The notes under the pieces: model-generated
Seen by the model: only the letters and a program-made list of their open reading frames with translations
What the model was told of the DNA's origin: nothing
Database searches by the model: none
Part shown: in pieces, positions 19,332-28,803 of the stretch
Layout of the letters: each line of letters opens with the position of its first letter
Position numbering within the stretch: position 1 is the stretch's first letter
Source: an uncultured Actinomycetes bacterium
GTDB lineage: Bacteria; Actinomycetota; Thermoleophilia; Gaiellales; F1-60-MAGs149
Reading direction: 5' to 3'
Assembly: GCA_963779685.1 (NCBI GenBank)
Contig: CAVZZG010000001.1
Span: 1,179,458 to 1,243,457, forward strand
DNA length: 64,000 nucleotides
Program-made: the position numbers and the translations under genes

Positions 19332-19741
19332 TTCCGCTCCATGACGCGCTCGCTGGGGGCGTGGAAGCCGAAGCGCTCGTAGAGGCGGTGCATGTCGCGC
19401 GTGTGGAGAACCCACTTGAGCGGGGCGAGCTCGGGGTCGCCGTCGACGGTGTCGCGCACGAGCTCGACGCCCAGGCCGCGGCCGCGGTGCTCGGGCAGGA
19501 CGTAGACGTCGAAGAGCATGCAGCTGGTGTGCAGGTCGGAGAGCACGCGGGCGAAGCCGACCTGCACACCGTGGTGGTAGATGCCGACGACGCGGGCGGC
19601 CGAGGCGATGGTCGCCGCGACCACCTCCCGTGAGCGGCCCTTCGACCAGTAGAGCGTCGTCAGGTAGGCGTGGACGGTGGCGACGTCGATCCGCGTGCGG
19701 TCGTCGTCGACCTCGTAACCGTCACCCAGATCGCGCCGCAT
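19328..19741 (-). CDS. GNAT-family N-acetyltransferase
   Basis: 137 aa with the acetyl-CoA binding core VLPEHRGRGLGVELV. Last gene of the cbs-cgl unit. Confidence 0.75.
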   Translation of the reverse strand: MRRDLGDGYEVDDDRTRIDVATVHAYLTTLYWSKGRSREVVAATIASAARVVGIYHHGVQVGFARVLSDLHTSCMLFDVYVLPEHRGRGLGVELVRDTVDGDPELAPLKWVLHTRDMHRLYERFGFHAPSERVMERN

Positions 19742-20870
19742 TCGCCAGCATCCGGTCGAGGTCCGCGATCAGGTCGTCGACGTGCTCGATGCCGACCGAG
19801 AGCCGGATCAGGTCGTCCGGCACCTCGAACCCCGACCCCTCGAGCGACGCGTGGGTCATCGCGCCCGGGTGCTCGACGAGGCTCTCGACACCGCCCAGGC
19901 TCTCGCCCAGCGACCATATTCCCGTCTCTGCCAGGGCGGCGTCGACGGCACGCCGGCCGCCGTGCACGCGGAAGGAGACCATGCCGCCGAAATCGCGCAT
20001 CTGACGCGCGGCGGTCTCGTGGCCGGCGTGGGACTCGAGGCCGGGGTAGAGGACGTCGGCCACGGCGGCGGAGCCGGCGAGATGCTCGGCGACGCGCCGG
20101 GCGTTCGCGCAATGCTCGCGCATCCTGATCGCGAGCGTCTTGGCGCCGCGCAGGGTGAGGAAGCAGTCGAGCGGGCCGGGCACGCTGCCGATCGCGTTCT
20201 GCAGGAAGGCGAGGCGGTCGGCGCGGGCGGCGTCGTTGGTGATCGCCACGCCCCCGACGACGTCGGAGTGACCGCCGACGTACTTGGTCGTCGAGTGGAC
20301 GACGAGGTCGGCGCCGAGTGCGAGCGGCTGCTGCAGGTAGGGCGAGGCGAACGTGTTGTCGACGACGACCTGCGCCCCCACCGAGTGCGCCCGCTCGCAC
20401 ACGGCGGCGATGTCCACGATCTTCAGCAACGGGTTGGTCGGCGTCTCCACCCACACCACGCCCGGCCGGCGCGTAAGGGCCTGCTCCACGGTTTCGAGCT
20501 CGGTCAGGTCGGCGTACTCGAAGGCGTATCCCTGGGCCTCGAGCACCTTCGAGAACAACCGGTAGGTGCCGCCGTAGACGTCGTTCATCGCCAGCACCCG
20601 GGTGCCCGGCGCGAACGACGACATCACCGCCGACGACGTCGCCATGCCCGACGAGAACGCGATGCCGAAGGCGCCGCCCTCGAGCGCGGCCAGGCAGGTC
20701 TGGAGCGCCGTCCGGGTCGGGTTGATGGTGCGCGCGTAATCGTGTCCGCCGCGCATCGCGCCCACGCCGTCCTGGACGTAGGTCGACGTCTGGAAGATCG
20801 GGACGTTGACGGCGCCGGTGACCGGCTCGGGCTCCTGCCCGGCGTGGATCGCGAGGCTCTCGAACCTCAT
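19722..20870 (-). CDS. Cystathionine gamma-lyase/gamma-synthase (Cys/Met-metabolism PLP enzyme)
   Basis: Starts MRFESLAIHAGQ. PLP-lysine block STTKYVGGHSD. ATGA overlap with the stop of the upstream CBS gene. Confidence 0.85.
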   Translation of the reverse strand: MRFESLAIHAGQEPEPVTGAVNVPIFQTSTYVQDGVGAMRGGHDYARTINPTRTALQTCLAALEGGAFGIAFSSGMATSSAVMSSFAPGTRVLAMNDVYGGTYRLFSKVLEAQGYAFEYADLTELETVEQALTRRPGVVWVETPTNPLLKIVDIAAVCERAHSVGAQVVVDNTFASPYLQQPLALGADLVVHSTTKYVGGHSDVVGGVAITNDAARADRLAFLQNAIGSVPGPLDCFLTLRGAKTLAIRMREHCANARRVAEHLAGSAAVADVLYPGLESHAGHETAARQMRDFGGMVSFRVHGGRRAVDAALAETGIWSLGESLGGVESLVEHPGAMTHASLEGSGFEVPDDLIRLSVGIEHVDDLIADLDRMLANAARSG

Positions 20871-22264
20871 CGGGCCTGCGACAGGAAGTCGAGGAGGTCC
20901 GAACGGGTCAGCACGCCGACCGGCACGACCCCGTCGGCGACGACCACGGCGGGCCGCGTCTGGAGGTCGGCGAAGACCGCGTCCACCGAGTCGGAGCATC
21001 GCACGACGCCGAGCGGCGGCCCCATCACGGTGGCCACCTCCGCGGTCAGCGCGTCGCCGTCCGTGAAGACACGGTCGAGCAGGTCGCGGTCGTGGATCGA
21101 GCCGACGACGTCGCCGAGGTCGAGCCGTCCGTTGTCGGCGCCGTCGCGCACCACGGGCAGCTGCGAGATGCCGTAGCGCTGCAGCAGGGTGATCGCCTCG
21201 CCGACGCGCTGGTGCGACGACACGGCGACGAAGGCCGGCACGTCGGGCGTGTCGGAGACCTTGGAGCGCAGCAGCTCCGCGATCGTCGGCACCGAGCCCG
21301 CCCGCTCCAGGAAGCCGTGCGAGATCATCCAGGCGTCGTCGAAGAACTTCGACAGGTACGGCCGGCCACCATCGGGCAGGACGCACAGCACGGTGCGGTC
21401 GGGTGGCTGGCTGCGGCACACCTCGAGGGCGGCGTGCAGGGCCATGCCGGCGGAGCCGCCCACGAGAATACCCTCCTCGCGCGCGATCCGGCGGGCGGCG
21501 AGGAAGGCGTCACGGTCGGAGACGGTGATGAAGCGGTCGACCATCGTGCGATCGAACGTGGTCGGCCAGAAGTCCTCGCCGACGCCCTCGATGAGGTACG
21601 GCCGCACCTCGGGCGAGTTGAAGATCGAACCCTCGGGGTCGGCGCCGACGATCTGAAGCCCTGGCAGCTTCGCGCGGAGGTATCGGCCGATGCCCGTGAC
21701 GGTGCCGCCGGTACCGACGCCGACCACCAGGATGTCGAGCTCGTCGCCGACCTGCTCCCAGATCTCCGGGCCGGTGGTGGCCTCGTGGGCCTCGGGGTTG
21801 TGCTGGTTCGAGTACTGGTCGGGCTTCCAGGCGCCGGGGATCTCCTCGGACAGGCGCCGCGACACCGAGTAGTACGACGCGGGGTCCTCGGGCTCGACGT
21901 TGGTCGGGCACACGACGACCTCGGCGCCGAACGCGCGCAGCAGGGCGATCTTCTCGCGCGACATCTTGTCGGGCATCACGAACACGCAGCGGTAGCCGCG
22001 CTGGGCGGCGACCATCGCCAGGCCCACGCCGGTGTTGCCCGAGGTGGGCTCGACGATGACGCCACCCGGGCGCAGGAGCCCGTCGCGCTCGGCGGCGTCG
22101 ATCATCGGCCCGGCGATGCGGTCCTTGATCGAGCCGCCCGGGTTCATGTACTCGAGCTTGACCAGCAGCCTCGCGCCGCCGGCCGGCTGCAGGTGCGGCA
22201 GCCGGACGATCGGGGTGTGGCCGATCAGATCGGTGACGGTCGGGAAGGAGCGCATGACGGGCAT
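20867..22264 (-). CDS. Cystathionine beta-synthase (cysteine-synthase fold + C-terminal CBS-domain pair)
   Basis: NPGGSIKDR PLP-lysine motif, TSGNTG and GVGTGGT loops, plus a C-terminal tandem CBS-domain region. Start is ATG 22264 (MPVMRSF...). Confidence 0.85.
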   Translation of the reverse strand: MPVMRSFPTVTDLIGHTPIVRLPHLQPAGGARLLVKLEYMNPGGSIKDRIAGPMIDAAERDGLLRPGGVIVEPTSGNTGVGLAMVAAQRGYRCVFVMPDKMSREKIALLRAFGAEVVVCPTNVEPEDPASYYSVSRRLSEEIPGAWKPDQYSNQHNPEAHEATTGPEIWEQVGDELDILVVGVGTGGTVTGIGRYLRAKLPGLQIVGADPEGSIFNSPEVRPYLIEGVGEDFWPTTFDRTMVDRFITVSDRDAFLAARRIAREEGILVGGSAGMALHAALEVCRSQPPDRTVLCVLPDGGRPYLSKFFDDAWMISHGFLERAGSVPTIAELLRSKVSDTPDVPAFVAVSSHQRVGEAITLLQRYGISQLPVVRDGADNGRLDLGDVVGSIHDRDLLDRVFTDGDALTAEVATVMGPPLGVVRCSDSVDAVFADLQTRPAVVVADGVVPVGVLTRSDLLDFLSQAR

Positions 22265-22298
22265 CCTAGAGCGTTGATGTGAATCGGGCGTGACGCCC

Positions 22299-22913
22299 CT
22301 AGCCGTCGCGCGAGGCGCGGCGGGCGTGGGAGAGAGCACGCAGAAACGCACGCACACCCGCTTCGGTCAGCGACGCCGCGACGCCCTCCGCGTTGTGGTG
22401 GCGGTCGCCGACCTCGACGGTGACGTGGGCCTCCGCCAGCGCGTCCGTCCCGGTCGACAGCGCCTCCACCGAGAACGCCACCAGGCGGGCCTCGATGTGC
22501 AGCGCCGAGCACACCGCCTGAAGCGCCGCGTCGATGGGGCCGTCACCGCTGCCCTCCGCCTCGACCGGGATCTCGACGCCCCGCTCGAGCAACTCGATCC
22601 GGGCCCATGCGCGCTCGCCCGTGCGGGTGCGGGTCTCCATGCGCAGCAACTGGTACTGCTCGGCCTCCGCCCGCAGGCGGTCGTCGACGAGCGCCTCGAG
22701 GTCGCGGATCGTGACGCCCTCCTTGGTCGCCGCCAGCTCCTGGAACGCATCCCAGGCCCGCTCGGCGTCGAAGTCCGAGAGGCCGACGTAGCCCAGCCGC
22801 GCGAGCGCCTGCTCGAACGCCTCGCGGCTCGACGAGCGGCCAAGCGCGGGGCCGCCGCGACTCGGACGGGCGATGCCCGGCGCGTGGTCTCGGTGGTCGG
22901 CTTCGGAGTTCAT
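22299..22913 (-). CDS. Stand-alone LeuA/CimA C-terminal linker + allosteric (LeuA_dimer-like) domain protein; catalytic TIM barrel absent
   Basis: LARLGYVGLSDFDAERAWDAFQELAATKEGVTIRDLEALV resembles the IPMS/citramalate synthase linker. EAEGSGDGPIDAALQAV...AEAHVTVEV...AEGVAASLTEAGVRAFLRAL resembles the regulatory domain. No HMGL-like catalytic region in any frame nearby. Confidence 0.55.
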   Translation of the reverse strand: MNSEADHRDHAPGIARPSRGGPALGRSSSREAFEQALARLGYVGLSDFDAERAWDAFQELAATKEGVTIRDLEALVDDRLRAEAEQYQLLRMETRTRTGERAWARIELLERGVEIPVEAEGSGDGPIDAALQAVCSALHIEARLVAFSVEALSTGTDALAEAHVTVEVGDRHHNAEGVAASLTEAGVRAFLRALSHARRASRDG

Positions 22914-22947
22914 CGGCGTGGCGGTTGCGGTACCATGGGCGCGGCCT

Positions 22948-23021
22948 GGCGGCGTAGCTCAGTTGGTTAGAGCAGCGGAATCATAATCCGCGTGTCCGGG
23001 GTTCGAGTCCCTGCGCCGCTA
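22948..23021 (+). tRNA. tRNA with CAU anticodon (elongator Met, or Ile2 if lysidine-modified)
   Basis: Manual cloverleaf. Acceptor GGCGGCG/CGCCGCT (G1-U72 wobble). D arm GCTC-AGTTGGTTA-GAGC. Anticodon arm GCGGA-ATCATAA-TCCGC. Variable region GTGTC. T arm CGGGG-TTCGAGT-CCCTG. Discriminator A. No encoded CCA. Lacks initiator features (no three consecutive G-C pairs in the anticodon stem). Confidence 0.85.
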
Positions 23022-23229
23022 CTTCGATCGCTCCACGGTTCGTTCTGCGGTTGGCTGCGGTTTCGCAGACGCCATCGGCCACCTCTTCATCGCCAGCTTC
23101 GCCTGGCCTTGCTTCGTCCCGAGGGCTACTGACGTGTCACCGGAAGACAGCCCGAGTTCGTCGGCAGATCCCCCGCGCGGGGGGCGTCGTGCACCGGCCG
23201 GCGGGGGGAGACTCGTGCCGATCCCGACC

Positions 23230-23883
23230 ATGTCTGCCGAGACCGACCTCCATCCCGTTGCATCCCTCCGAGTCGGCGACGACGTCGACCTGGCCGACGC
23301 CGAGGGCCTGCTCCTCCGCTACGCCCTGGTGGCCGAGAACGCCGTGAGCCGGATGTCGCTGCTCCTCGCCGAGCCGCTCGACGACCTCACCGAGGGCATC
23401 TTCCAGCTGTGCTGGACCGATCCGGAGGGGACGGTCTGGCACGCCGACTGCCTCGGCTTCGTCGGCGACGACCCGCTCGCTCTCGACCTCGAACTGAGCG
23501 ACGGCTGGTATCACGGCGAAGGCCGATGGGCGCCCCGCTTCGCCGCCGAGCGCCGCCCGCTCCGCGCCATGCTGGCCGGGCAACCGGGAACCTGCGAGCT
23601 CCACGCCCTGGACGTGTCGTCGACCGGTTGCTGCGTGGCCGGCGCGGGCGAACCGCTCGCCGTCGGCGCGGAGCTCGAGATGGTCGTCACCGCCGGCTCC
23701 TACACGTTGCCGACGCGCCTGCACGCCGTCGTCGTGAGGGTGTACCTCGCCGCGTTCGGCCGGTTCGAGCTCGGACTGCGCTTCACGCCCGTGTCGGTGG
23801 CCGAGCAACGGCTGGTGCTCCGCTGGCGCGACGAGGTGGCCGTCTCCGGGGCCGACGTGCCGCTGCGCATGCTCGCCGCCTGA
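23230..23883 (+). CDS. PilZ-domain protein (YcgR-like two-domain layout), putative c-di-GMP receptor
   Basis: C-terminal half carries RRPLR (RxxxR), followed 15 aa later by DVSSTG (D/NxSxxG). Start is ATG 23230. Confidence 0.6.
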   Translation: MSAETDLHPVASLRVGDDVDLADAEGLLLRYALVAENAVSRMSLLLAEPLDDLTEGIFQLCWTDPEGTVWHADCLGFVGDDPLALDLELSDGWYHGEGRWAPRFAAERRPLRAMLAGQPGTCELHALDVSSTGCCVAGAGEPLAVGAELEMVVTAGSYTLPTRLHAVVVRVYLAAFGRFELGLRFTPVSVAEQRLVLRWRDEVAVSGADVPLRMLAA

Positions 23884-23910
23884 CGAACCGCGTCAGACTG
23901 GGTGTGACGG

Positions 23911-24429
23911 ATGCCGCCCGCCGGACGTACATCAGGCATGGACTTCGCCGAGATCGCCCGGGTCCACGTCCACGACGTCCACCGGTTCCTGCTCTACATG
24001 ACGGGCGACCGCGCCGTCGCCGAGGACCTCGCCGCCGACACGATGGAGCGGGCGTTCCGCGACCAGCACCGGTACGACCCGACCCGCGCCAAACCCCGCG
24101 CATGGCTCCTGGCGATCGCCCGCTCGACCGCGCTCGACCACTACCGGCGCGAGCAGCGTCGCCGCCGCTTCGAGATCGAGTCGGCCCCGCGCGACGGCGA
24201 CCCGGCGGACGGGCCCGGGATCTCGAACGATCTCTCGGCCGCGCTCGAGGAGGGCCTGCGGCACCTCAGTGCCGCCGACCGCGAGGTGATCGCTCTGCGC
24301 GTGATCCTCGATCTCGACGCCCGCGCCGCGGCGCGCCTGCTCGGTGTGTCGGAGACCGCCTGCACGACCCGTCTGTCCCGTGCGCTCGCGCGCCTCGAAG
24401 AGGAGGTGCGCCGCCATGCCCACGCATGA
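23911..24429 (+). CDS. ECF-type RNA polymerase sigma factor (sigma-70 regions 2 and 4)
   Basis: Region 2-like VHRFLLYMTGDRAVAEDLAADTMERAF...AWLLAIARSTALDHYRRE. Region 4-like LSAADREVIALRVILDLDARAAARLLGVSETACTTRLSRA. The alternative start at 23938 is not excluded. Confidence 0.8.
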   Translation: MPPAGRTSGMDFAEIARVHVHDVHRFLLYMTGDRAVAEDLAADTMERAFRDQHRYDPTRAKPRAWLLAIARSTALDHYRREQRRRRFEIESAPRDGDPADGPGISNDLSAALEEGLRHLSAADREVIALRVILDLDARAAARLLGVSETACTTRLSRALARLEEEVRRHAHA

Positions 24430-25561
24430 TCCGCTCACCGACGCCCGGTTCGAGGACATCGTCGCGGAGCTGCGCGACGCCCGCGTGCCCACGCCCGAGA
24501 CGCTGGCCGGGCGCATCGAGGAGATCGCCGCTCGCCCTGCGCCGCCGCCCCCGCGGCGCCCCGTGGCCGACCGCATCCCGCACGTCCGCCGGCCGGCGTT
24601 CCGGCTCGGGCGGATCGTCGCGATCGGCGGCGGCTTGCTCGCAACCGGCGCCCTGGTGGCCCTGATCGGCAGTGGCGGCGGGTCATCGAGCTCCTCGAGC
24701 GCCAGCTCGGCCGCCGCGGGCGCCGCGAGCTACGCGGCCAGCTCGCCGGACTCCGGCGGCGGAGGTGCCGCGGCGCCGGCCGTGACGGCGCCGACGCGCA
24801 GCGCCGCGGAGGGTGCGAACGGGAGCCGGTTGAACTCGCCCATCGCGCCGACTTCCGACAACTTCCAGGCCACCGGGCGCAAGCAGCACGAGAGCGTCCA
24901 GCTGCGGATCGCACTGAAGGACGTCTCCGGGGTCTCCGCCGCGACCTCGTCCGTCACCCGGACGATCCAGGCCTACGGCGGCTACGTGGTCGCGCTCAGC
25001 TTCGATGCGGGCCGGACGGGCACGTCGACCGTCATCGCGAAGGTGCCCTTCGCCCACGTGCAGGACGCCATCGTGCGCTTCTCCAACCTCGGCCCGGTGG
25101 TGGCCGAGCACGTCGACCTCACCGATCTGCAGCGCCAGTCCGACACGGCCGAGCAGCAGATCGCGCACCTGCGGCTGCAGATCGCTCGGATCCAGGCGCA
25201 GCTGGCAGACCCGAAGGTCACGGTGGCCGCCGCGGCGGTCGCGCGGGTGCGGCTCGCGGAACTGCAGTCGACCCTCGCCGACCAGCGCAAGGTCGTCAGC
25301 CAGATCGCCGGCCAGGCCGCCATGGCCGACGTCTCGCTCGATCTCGTCACGCGCAGAGCTGCGGCCCACGCGGCGGCGAAGCCCAGGACCGGCGTTCCGG
25401 GGGCGGCATCGCACGCTCTCGGCGTGCTGCGAGGCGCTGCCAAGGCTGCGGTGTGGGTGCTGATCGTGCTCTCGCCGCTCCTGATCGCGGGCGCTGCGTG
25501 GCTCGCCGCCCGCCGCTGGCTGCGGGCCCGCCGCGAGCGCCGGCTGCTGGAACAGGCGTAG
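24416..25561 (+). CDS. Membrane anti-sigma-factor candidate with DUF4349-like extracytoplasmic domain
   Basis: Overlaps the sigma gene end by 14 nt. Has a short cytoplasmic N-terminus, a TM helix (IVAIGGGLLATGALVALIG), a Ser/Gly linker, a coiled-coil-like segment (AEQQIAHLRLQIARIQAQL) and a C-terminal TM helix. This architecture is typical of DUF4349 proteins. Confidence 0.55.
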   Translation: MPTHDPLTDARFEDIVAELRDARVPTPETLAGRIEEIAARPAPPPPRRPVADRIPHVRRPAFRLGRIVAIGGGLLATGALVALIGSGGGSSSSSSASSAAAGAASYAASSPDSGGGGAAAPAVTAPTRSAAEGANGSRLNSPIAPTSDNFQATGRKQHESVQLRIALKDVSGVSAATSSVTRTIQAYGGYVVALSFDAGRTGTSTVIAKVPFAHVQDAIVRFSNLGPVVAEHVDLTDLQRQSDTAEQQIAHLRLQIARIQAQLADPKVTVAAAAVARVRLAELQSTLADQRKVVSQIAGQAAMADVSLDLVTRRAAAHAAAKPRTGVPGAASHALGVLRGAAKAAVWVLIVLSPLLIAGAAWLAARRWLRARRERRLLEQA

Positions 25562-25669
25562 CGTCCCGGCGAATCGGGTAGGCTTTCGTTGCTGGCCGGC
25601 GACCTGCTGGCCAGGGGCGGCTGCCCGCATCCCGCGAGCCCCCGAGCCCGAGGAGAAGGAGGCGGCACT

Positions 25670-25834
25670 GTGGCGAAGCCCGGTGTCCGCGTCGCGGTGA
25701 CCCTCGCCTGCACCGACTGCAAGCGGCGGAACTACCAGACCAAGAAGTCCAAGCGAAACACCCCCGACCGCGTCGAGCTGAACAAGTACTGCTCCGGCTG
25801 CGGCAAGCACACGGCCCACCGCGAGACTCGCTGA
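25670..25834 (+). CDS. rpmG: 50S ribosomal protein L33 (Zn-ribbon C+ form)
   Basis: GTG start behind AGGAGAAGGAGG. Sequence [54 protein letters not shown], with CxxC...CxxC. Confidence 0.9.
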   Translation: MAKPGVRVAVTLACTDCKRRNYQTKKSKRNTPDRVELNKYCSGCGKHTAHRETR

Positions 25835-25848
25835 CCCCTGGCGATCCG

Positions 25849-26325
25849 GTGAACGACGAACCGACACCTGCCGACGGCGACGAGGCACCGGACGAGCCTG
25901 CGCTGGATGCTGCGGCCGCCGGCGATCCGGAGCTCGATCCGTCCGTCCAGGAGTACGTCTCCTCCGGCGCGGCCGACGCCGCGGCAGCCGACGCCGCGTC
26001 CGACGCCGAGCATCCGGCGGACGATGCCGGAGCCGTCGCCGACCCCGTGGCAGCGGCCGCCGCCCGCCGCGCCGCCCGCGGGCGCAGCACGCCGCGCGGC
26101 GAGGTCGAGCGCCCGGTCTCGCGCACCGGTGGCGGCGGCGCCGTGCAGTTCGTGCGAGAGTGCATCGCCGAACTCCGGCGCGTCCAGTGGCCCGATCGCA
26201 GCCATCTCTGGCAGGCCACGGCCGTGGTGCTGGTGACGGTGGCCGTGGTCGGCGTCTACCTTTACGGTCTCGACTCGATCTTCAAGCAGGCATCCAACTG
26301 GCTGATCGACAAACAGGCCAGCTGA
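25849..26325 (+). CDS. secE: Preprotein translocase subunit SecE (long acidic/Ala-rich N-terminal extension)
   Basis: C-terminus FVRECIAELRRVQWPDRSHLWQATAVVLVTVAVVGVYLYGLD is the SecE core TM. Located between rpmG and nusG. The exact start is uncertain. Confidence 0.8.
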   Translation: MNDEPTPADGDEAPDEPALDAAAAGDPELDPSVQEYVSSGAADAAAADAASDAEHPADDAGAVADPVAAAAARRAARGRSTPRGEVERPVSRTGGGGAVQFVRECIAELRRVQWPDRSHLWQATAVVLVTVAVVGVYLYGLDSIFKQASNWLIDKQAS

Positions 26326-26337
26326 GAGAGAGAACCA

Positions 26338-26886
26338 ATGTTTCGCTGGTACGTCGTCAACACCTACTCCGGTCACGAGAAGAAGGTCCAGACCAACCTC
26401 GAGCATCGACGCAAGTCGATGGGGCAGGAGCACGCCATCCGCCGCGTGGTCGTGCCGACCGAGATGCAGGTCGAGACCAAGGATGGCCAGAAGGTGCAGG
26501 TCGAGAAGCGCGTGCTCCCCGGCTACGTCCTGGTGCAGATGGACGCCAACGCCGAGACGGTGACGCTCGTGCGCAACACGCCGGGCGTGACCGGGTTCGT
26601 CGGCATGGCCGGCGGTAGCGCGACGCACATGCCGGTGCCGCTGTCGCAGCCCGAGGTCGACCAGATCCTGCACACCGCCGCCGTCGGCTCCGAGCCCAAG
26701 GCCAAGGCCAAGGCGGAGTTCACGCTCGGTCAGCAGGTGAAGATCATCTCGGGCCCGCTGTCGGACTTCGACGGCGAGATCATCGAGATCAACCAGGAAG
26801 CCGGCAAGCTCAAGGTGCACGTGTCGATCTTCGAGCGGCAGGTGCCGGTCGAGCTCAAGTTCGACGAGATCCGCAAGCTCGACTAG
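26338..26886 (+). CDS. nusG: Transcription termination/antitermination factor NusG
   Basis: [20 protein letters not shown] domain and a C-terminal KOW ([18 protein letters not shown]). Confidence 0.95.
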   Translation: MFRWYVVNTYSGHEKKVQTNLEHRRKSMGQEHAIRRVVVPTEMQVETKDGQKVQVEKRVLPGYVLVQMDANAETVTLVRNTPGVTGFVGMAGGSATHMPVPLSQPEVDQILHTAAVGSEPKAKAKAEFTLGQQVKIISGPLSDFDGEIIEINQEAGKLKVHVSIFERQVPVELKFDEIRKLD

Positions 26887-26946
26887 AGCGGGCGCGGACA
26901 TTGTGGGAGCCCTCTCCCGGAGGGCGCTCGGACCACGAGGAGGACC

Positions 26947-27375
26947 ATGGCCAAGAAGGTCATCAAGATCATCAAGCTCCAGATCCCCGCCGGGGCAGCG
27001 AACCCGGCGCCGCCCGTCGGGCCGGCGCTCGGCCAGCACGGCGTCAACATCATGGAGTTCTGCAAGGCGTTCAACGCCCAGACCGCAGGCGCCCAGCAGG
27101 GCCGCATCACGCCGGTCGAGATCTCGGTGTACGAGGACCGCTCGTTCACGTTCATCACCAAGACCCCGCCCGCCGCCGTCCTGATCAAGGAGGCGATCGG
27201 CCTCGACAAGGGCTCGGACGTGCCGAACAAGAACAAGGTCGGCTCGCTCACGCAGGCGCAGCTGCGCGACATCGCCGAGCTGAAGCTGCCCGACCTGAAT
27301 GCCAACGACGTCGATGCGGCGATGAACATCATCGCCGGCACCGCGCGGTCGATGGGCGTGGAGGTGGAGGCCTGA
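26947..27375 (+). CDS. rplK: 50S ribosomal protein L11
   Basis: [35 protein letters not shown]. Confidence 0.97.
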   Translation: MAKKVIKIIKLQIPAGAANPAPPVGPALGQHGVNIMEFCKAFNAQTAGAQQGRITPVEISVYEDRSFTFITKTPPAAVLIKEAIGLDKGSDVPNKNKVGSLTQAQLRDIAELKLPDLNANDVDAAMNIIAGTARSMGVEVEA

Positions 27376-28088
27376 TGGCCGGCAAGCAGATGAAGACCGC
27401 CAAGGCGGCCGTCGACCGCCTGCACGCGTACCAGCCGCTCGAGGCCGTTCAGCTGCTGAAGGGCCTGCAGACGGCGAAGTTCGACGAGACCGTCGAGGTG
27501 CACTTCCGGCTCGGCGTCAACGTGCGCCACGCCGATCAGCAGCTGCGCGGCACGGTGCAGCTCCCGCACGGCACCGGCCGGACCGCGATCGTCGCGGTCT
27601 TCGCCCAGGGCGACAAGGCCAAGGAGGCGGAGGAGGCCGGTGCCGACTTCGTGGGCGGCGAGGACCTGGCCCAGAAGATCCAGGAGGGCTTCACCGCCTT
27701 CGACACGGCCATCGCGACGCCCGACATGATGGTCGTCGTCGGACGCCTCGGCCGGATCCTCGGCCCGCAGGGCAAGATGCCGAATCCGAAGACGGGCACC
27801 GTCACGATGGACGTAGCGAAGGCCGTGCAGGAAGTGAAGGCGGGCAAGATCGAGTACCGCACCGACCGCACCGGCATCGTGCACGTGCCGATCGGCAAGA
27901 AGTCGTTCGAGGTCCCGCAACTGGTCGCGAACTACGGCGCCGTGCTGGACGAGATCCTGCGCGTCAAGCCCGCGGCCGCCAAGGGGCGGTACCTGAAGTC
28001 GATCACCATCGCCTCGACGATGGGGCCCGGCGTGAAGGTCGACACCGGCCGTGTCCGCGACCTCATGGAGGAACGGGCGCCGGCCTGA
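27375..28088 (+). CDS. rplA: 50S ribosomal protein L1
   Basis: ATG 27375 overlaps the rplK stop (TGATG). [33 protein letters not shown]. Confidence 0.95.
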   Translation: MAGKQMKTAKAAVDRLHAYQPLEAVQLLKGLQTAKFDETVEVHFRLGVNVRHADQQLRGTVQLPHGTGRTAIVAVFAQGDKAKEAEEAGADFVGGEDLAQKIQEGFTAFDTAIATPDMMVVVGRLGRILGPQGKMPNPKTGTVTMDVAKAVQEVKAGKIEYRTDRTGIVHVPIGKKSFEVPQLVANYGAVLDEILRVKPAAAKGRYLKSITIASTMGPGVKVDTGRVRDLMEERAPA

Positions 28089-28252
28089 TCTACCCTACGG
28101 ATTCAATCGCGCTCGTCGCCAAAGACCGCCGGCAGCTCTGCATAAGACCGGCGTAGGCGGCGCGCCGGCACTGTTCGGGACCGAGTTCCGTGCTGCGCCT
28201 GCGCCCGTCACCCAGGCGGGCGCTCGTGACAGACGGAAGGAGGTGACAGAAC
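28089..28252 (+). promoter_or_regulatory. rplJ 5' leader (candidate L10-L7/L12 autoregulatory leader)
   Basis: 164-nt untranslated spacer before rplJ with mutually exclusive GC-rich pairings (GCGCCCG...CGGGCGC; GTCAC...GTGAC) and SD GGAAGGAGG. The function is inferred from position only. Confidence 0.35.
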
Positions 28253-28780
28253 ATGTTGAAGTCCAAGAAGGCAGAGGTGATCGCCGAGCTCGAGGGCGAG
28301 ATCCGCGATGCCAGCGCCATGATCGTGGCCGACTACCGGGGCCTCGGCGTCGCGCAGATCTCGTCCGTGCGGCGTGAACTCCGCCCGCTCGACGCGTCGC
28401 TGCGGGTGTCCAAGAACACGCTGGCCCGGATCGCCGCCGAGCGCAGCGGCAACGAGGCGCTCGCTGGCCTCCTGCAGGGCCCGACCGCGATCGCGTTCTG
28501 CAAGGGCGACCCGGCGGCGGTGGCCAAGAAGCTCTCCGACGTCGCACGCGACACCAAGATCCTGCGGCTGAAGGGCGCGGTCGTCGAGGGCCGCGCTCTC
28601 GACGAGGACGGGGTCAAGCGTCTCGCCACCCTCCCGTCCAGGGAGGTGCTCGCGGCGCAGCTCGTCGGCGTCATGGCGGCACCCCTGCAGCAGCTCGTGA
28701 CGCTGCTGGGCGCCGCACCGCGCGACTTCGTGGTCGTGCTCGATCAGATCATCCAGAAACGACAGGCAGAGGCCGCGTAG
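28253..28780 (+). CDS. rplJ: 50S ribosomal protein L10
   Basis: [39 protein letters not shown]. Confidence 0.95.
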   Translation: MLKSKKAEVIAELEGEIRDASAMIVADYRGLGVAQISSVRRELRPLDASLRVSKNTLARIAAERSGNEALAGLLQGPTAIAFCKGDPAAVAKKLSDVARDTKILRLKGAVVEGRALDEDGVKRLATLPSREVLAAQLVGVMAAPLQQLVTLLGAAPRDFVVVLDQIIQKRQAEAA

Positions 28781-28803
28781 GCCTCGACAGGAAAGGAACG
28801 CAC

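Noticed and set aside
17238-19415. 725-aa minus-strand ORF spanning the BNR gene, the isomerase gene and beyond
   Set aside because: It runs out of frame or antisense across three independently supported genes. Its translation is Arg/Gly/Ala-rich without motifs.
22914-23229. tRNA(CAU) as an integration hotspot or genomic-island boundary
   Set aside because: There is no integrase, no excisionase adjacent to the tRNA, and no visible direct repeat of the tRNA 3' end in the following kilobases. Only the truncated LeuA-like ORF on the 5' side hints at a rearrangement.
25835-25848. Expected a tRNA (for example tRNA-Trp) between rpmG and secE, as in many bacteria
   Set aside because: The gap is only 14 nt. 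No tRNA-like structure is present there or in the 108 nt upstream of rpmG.
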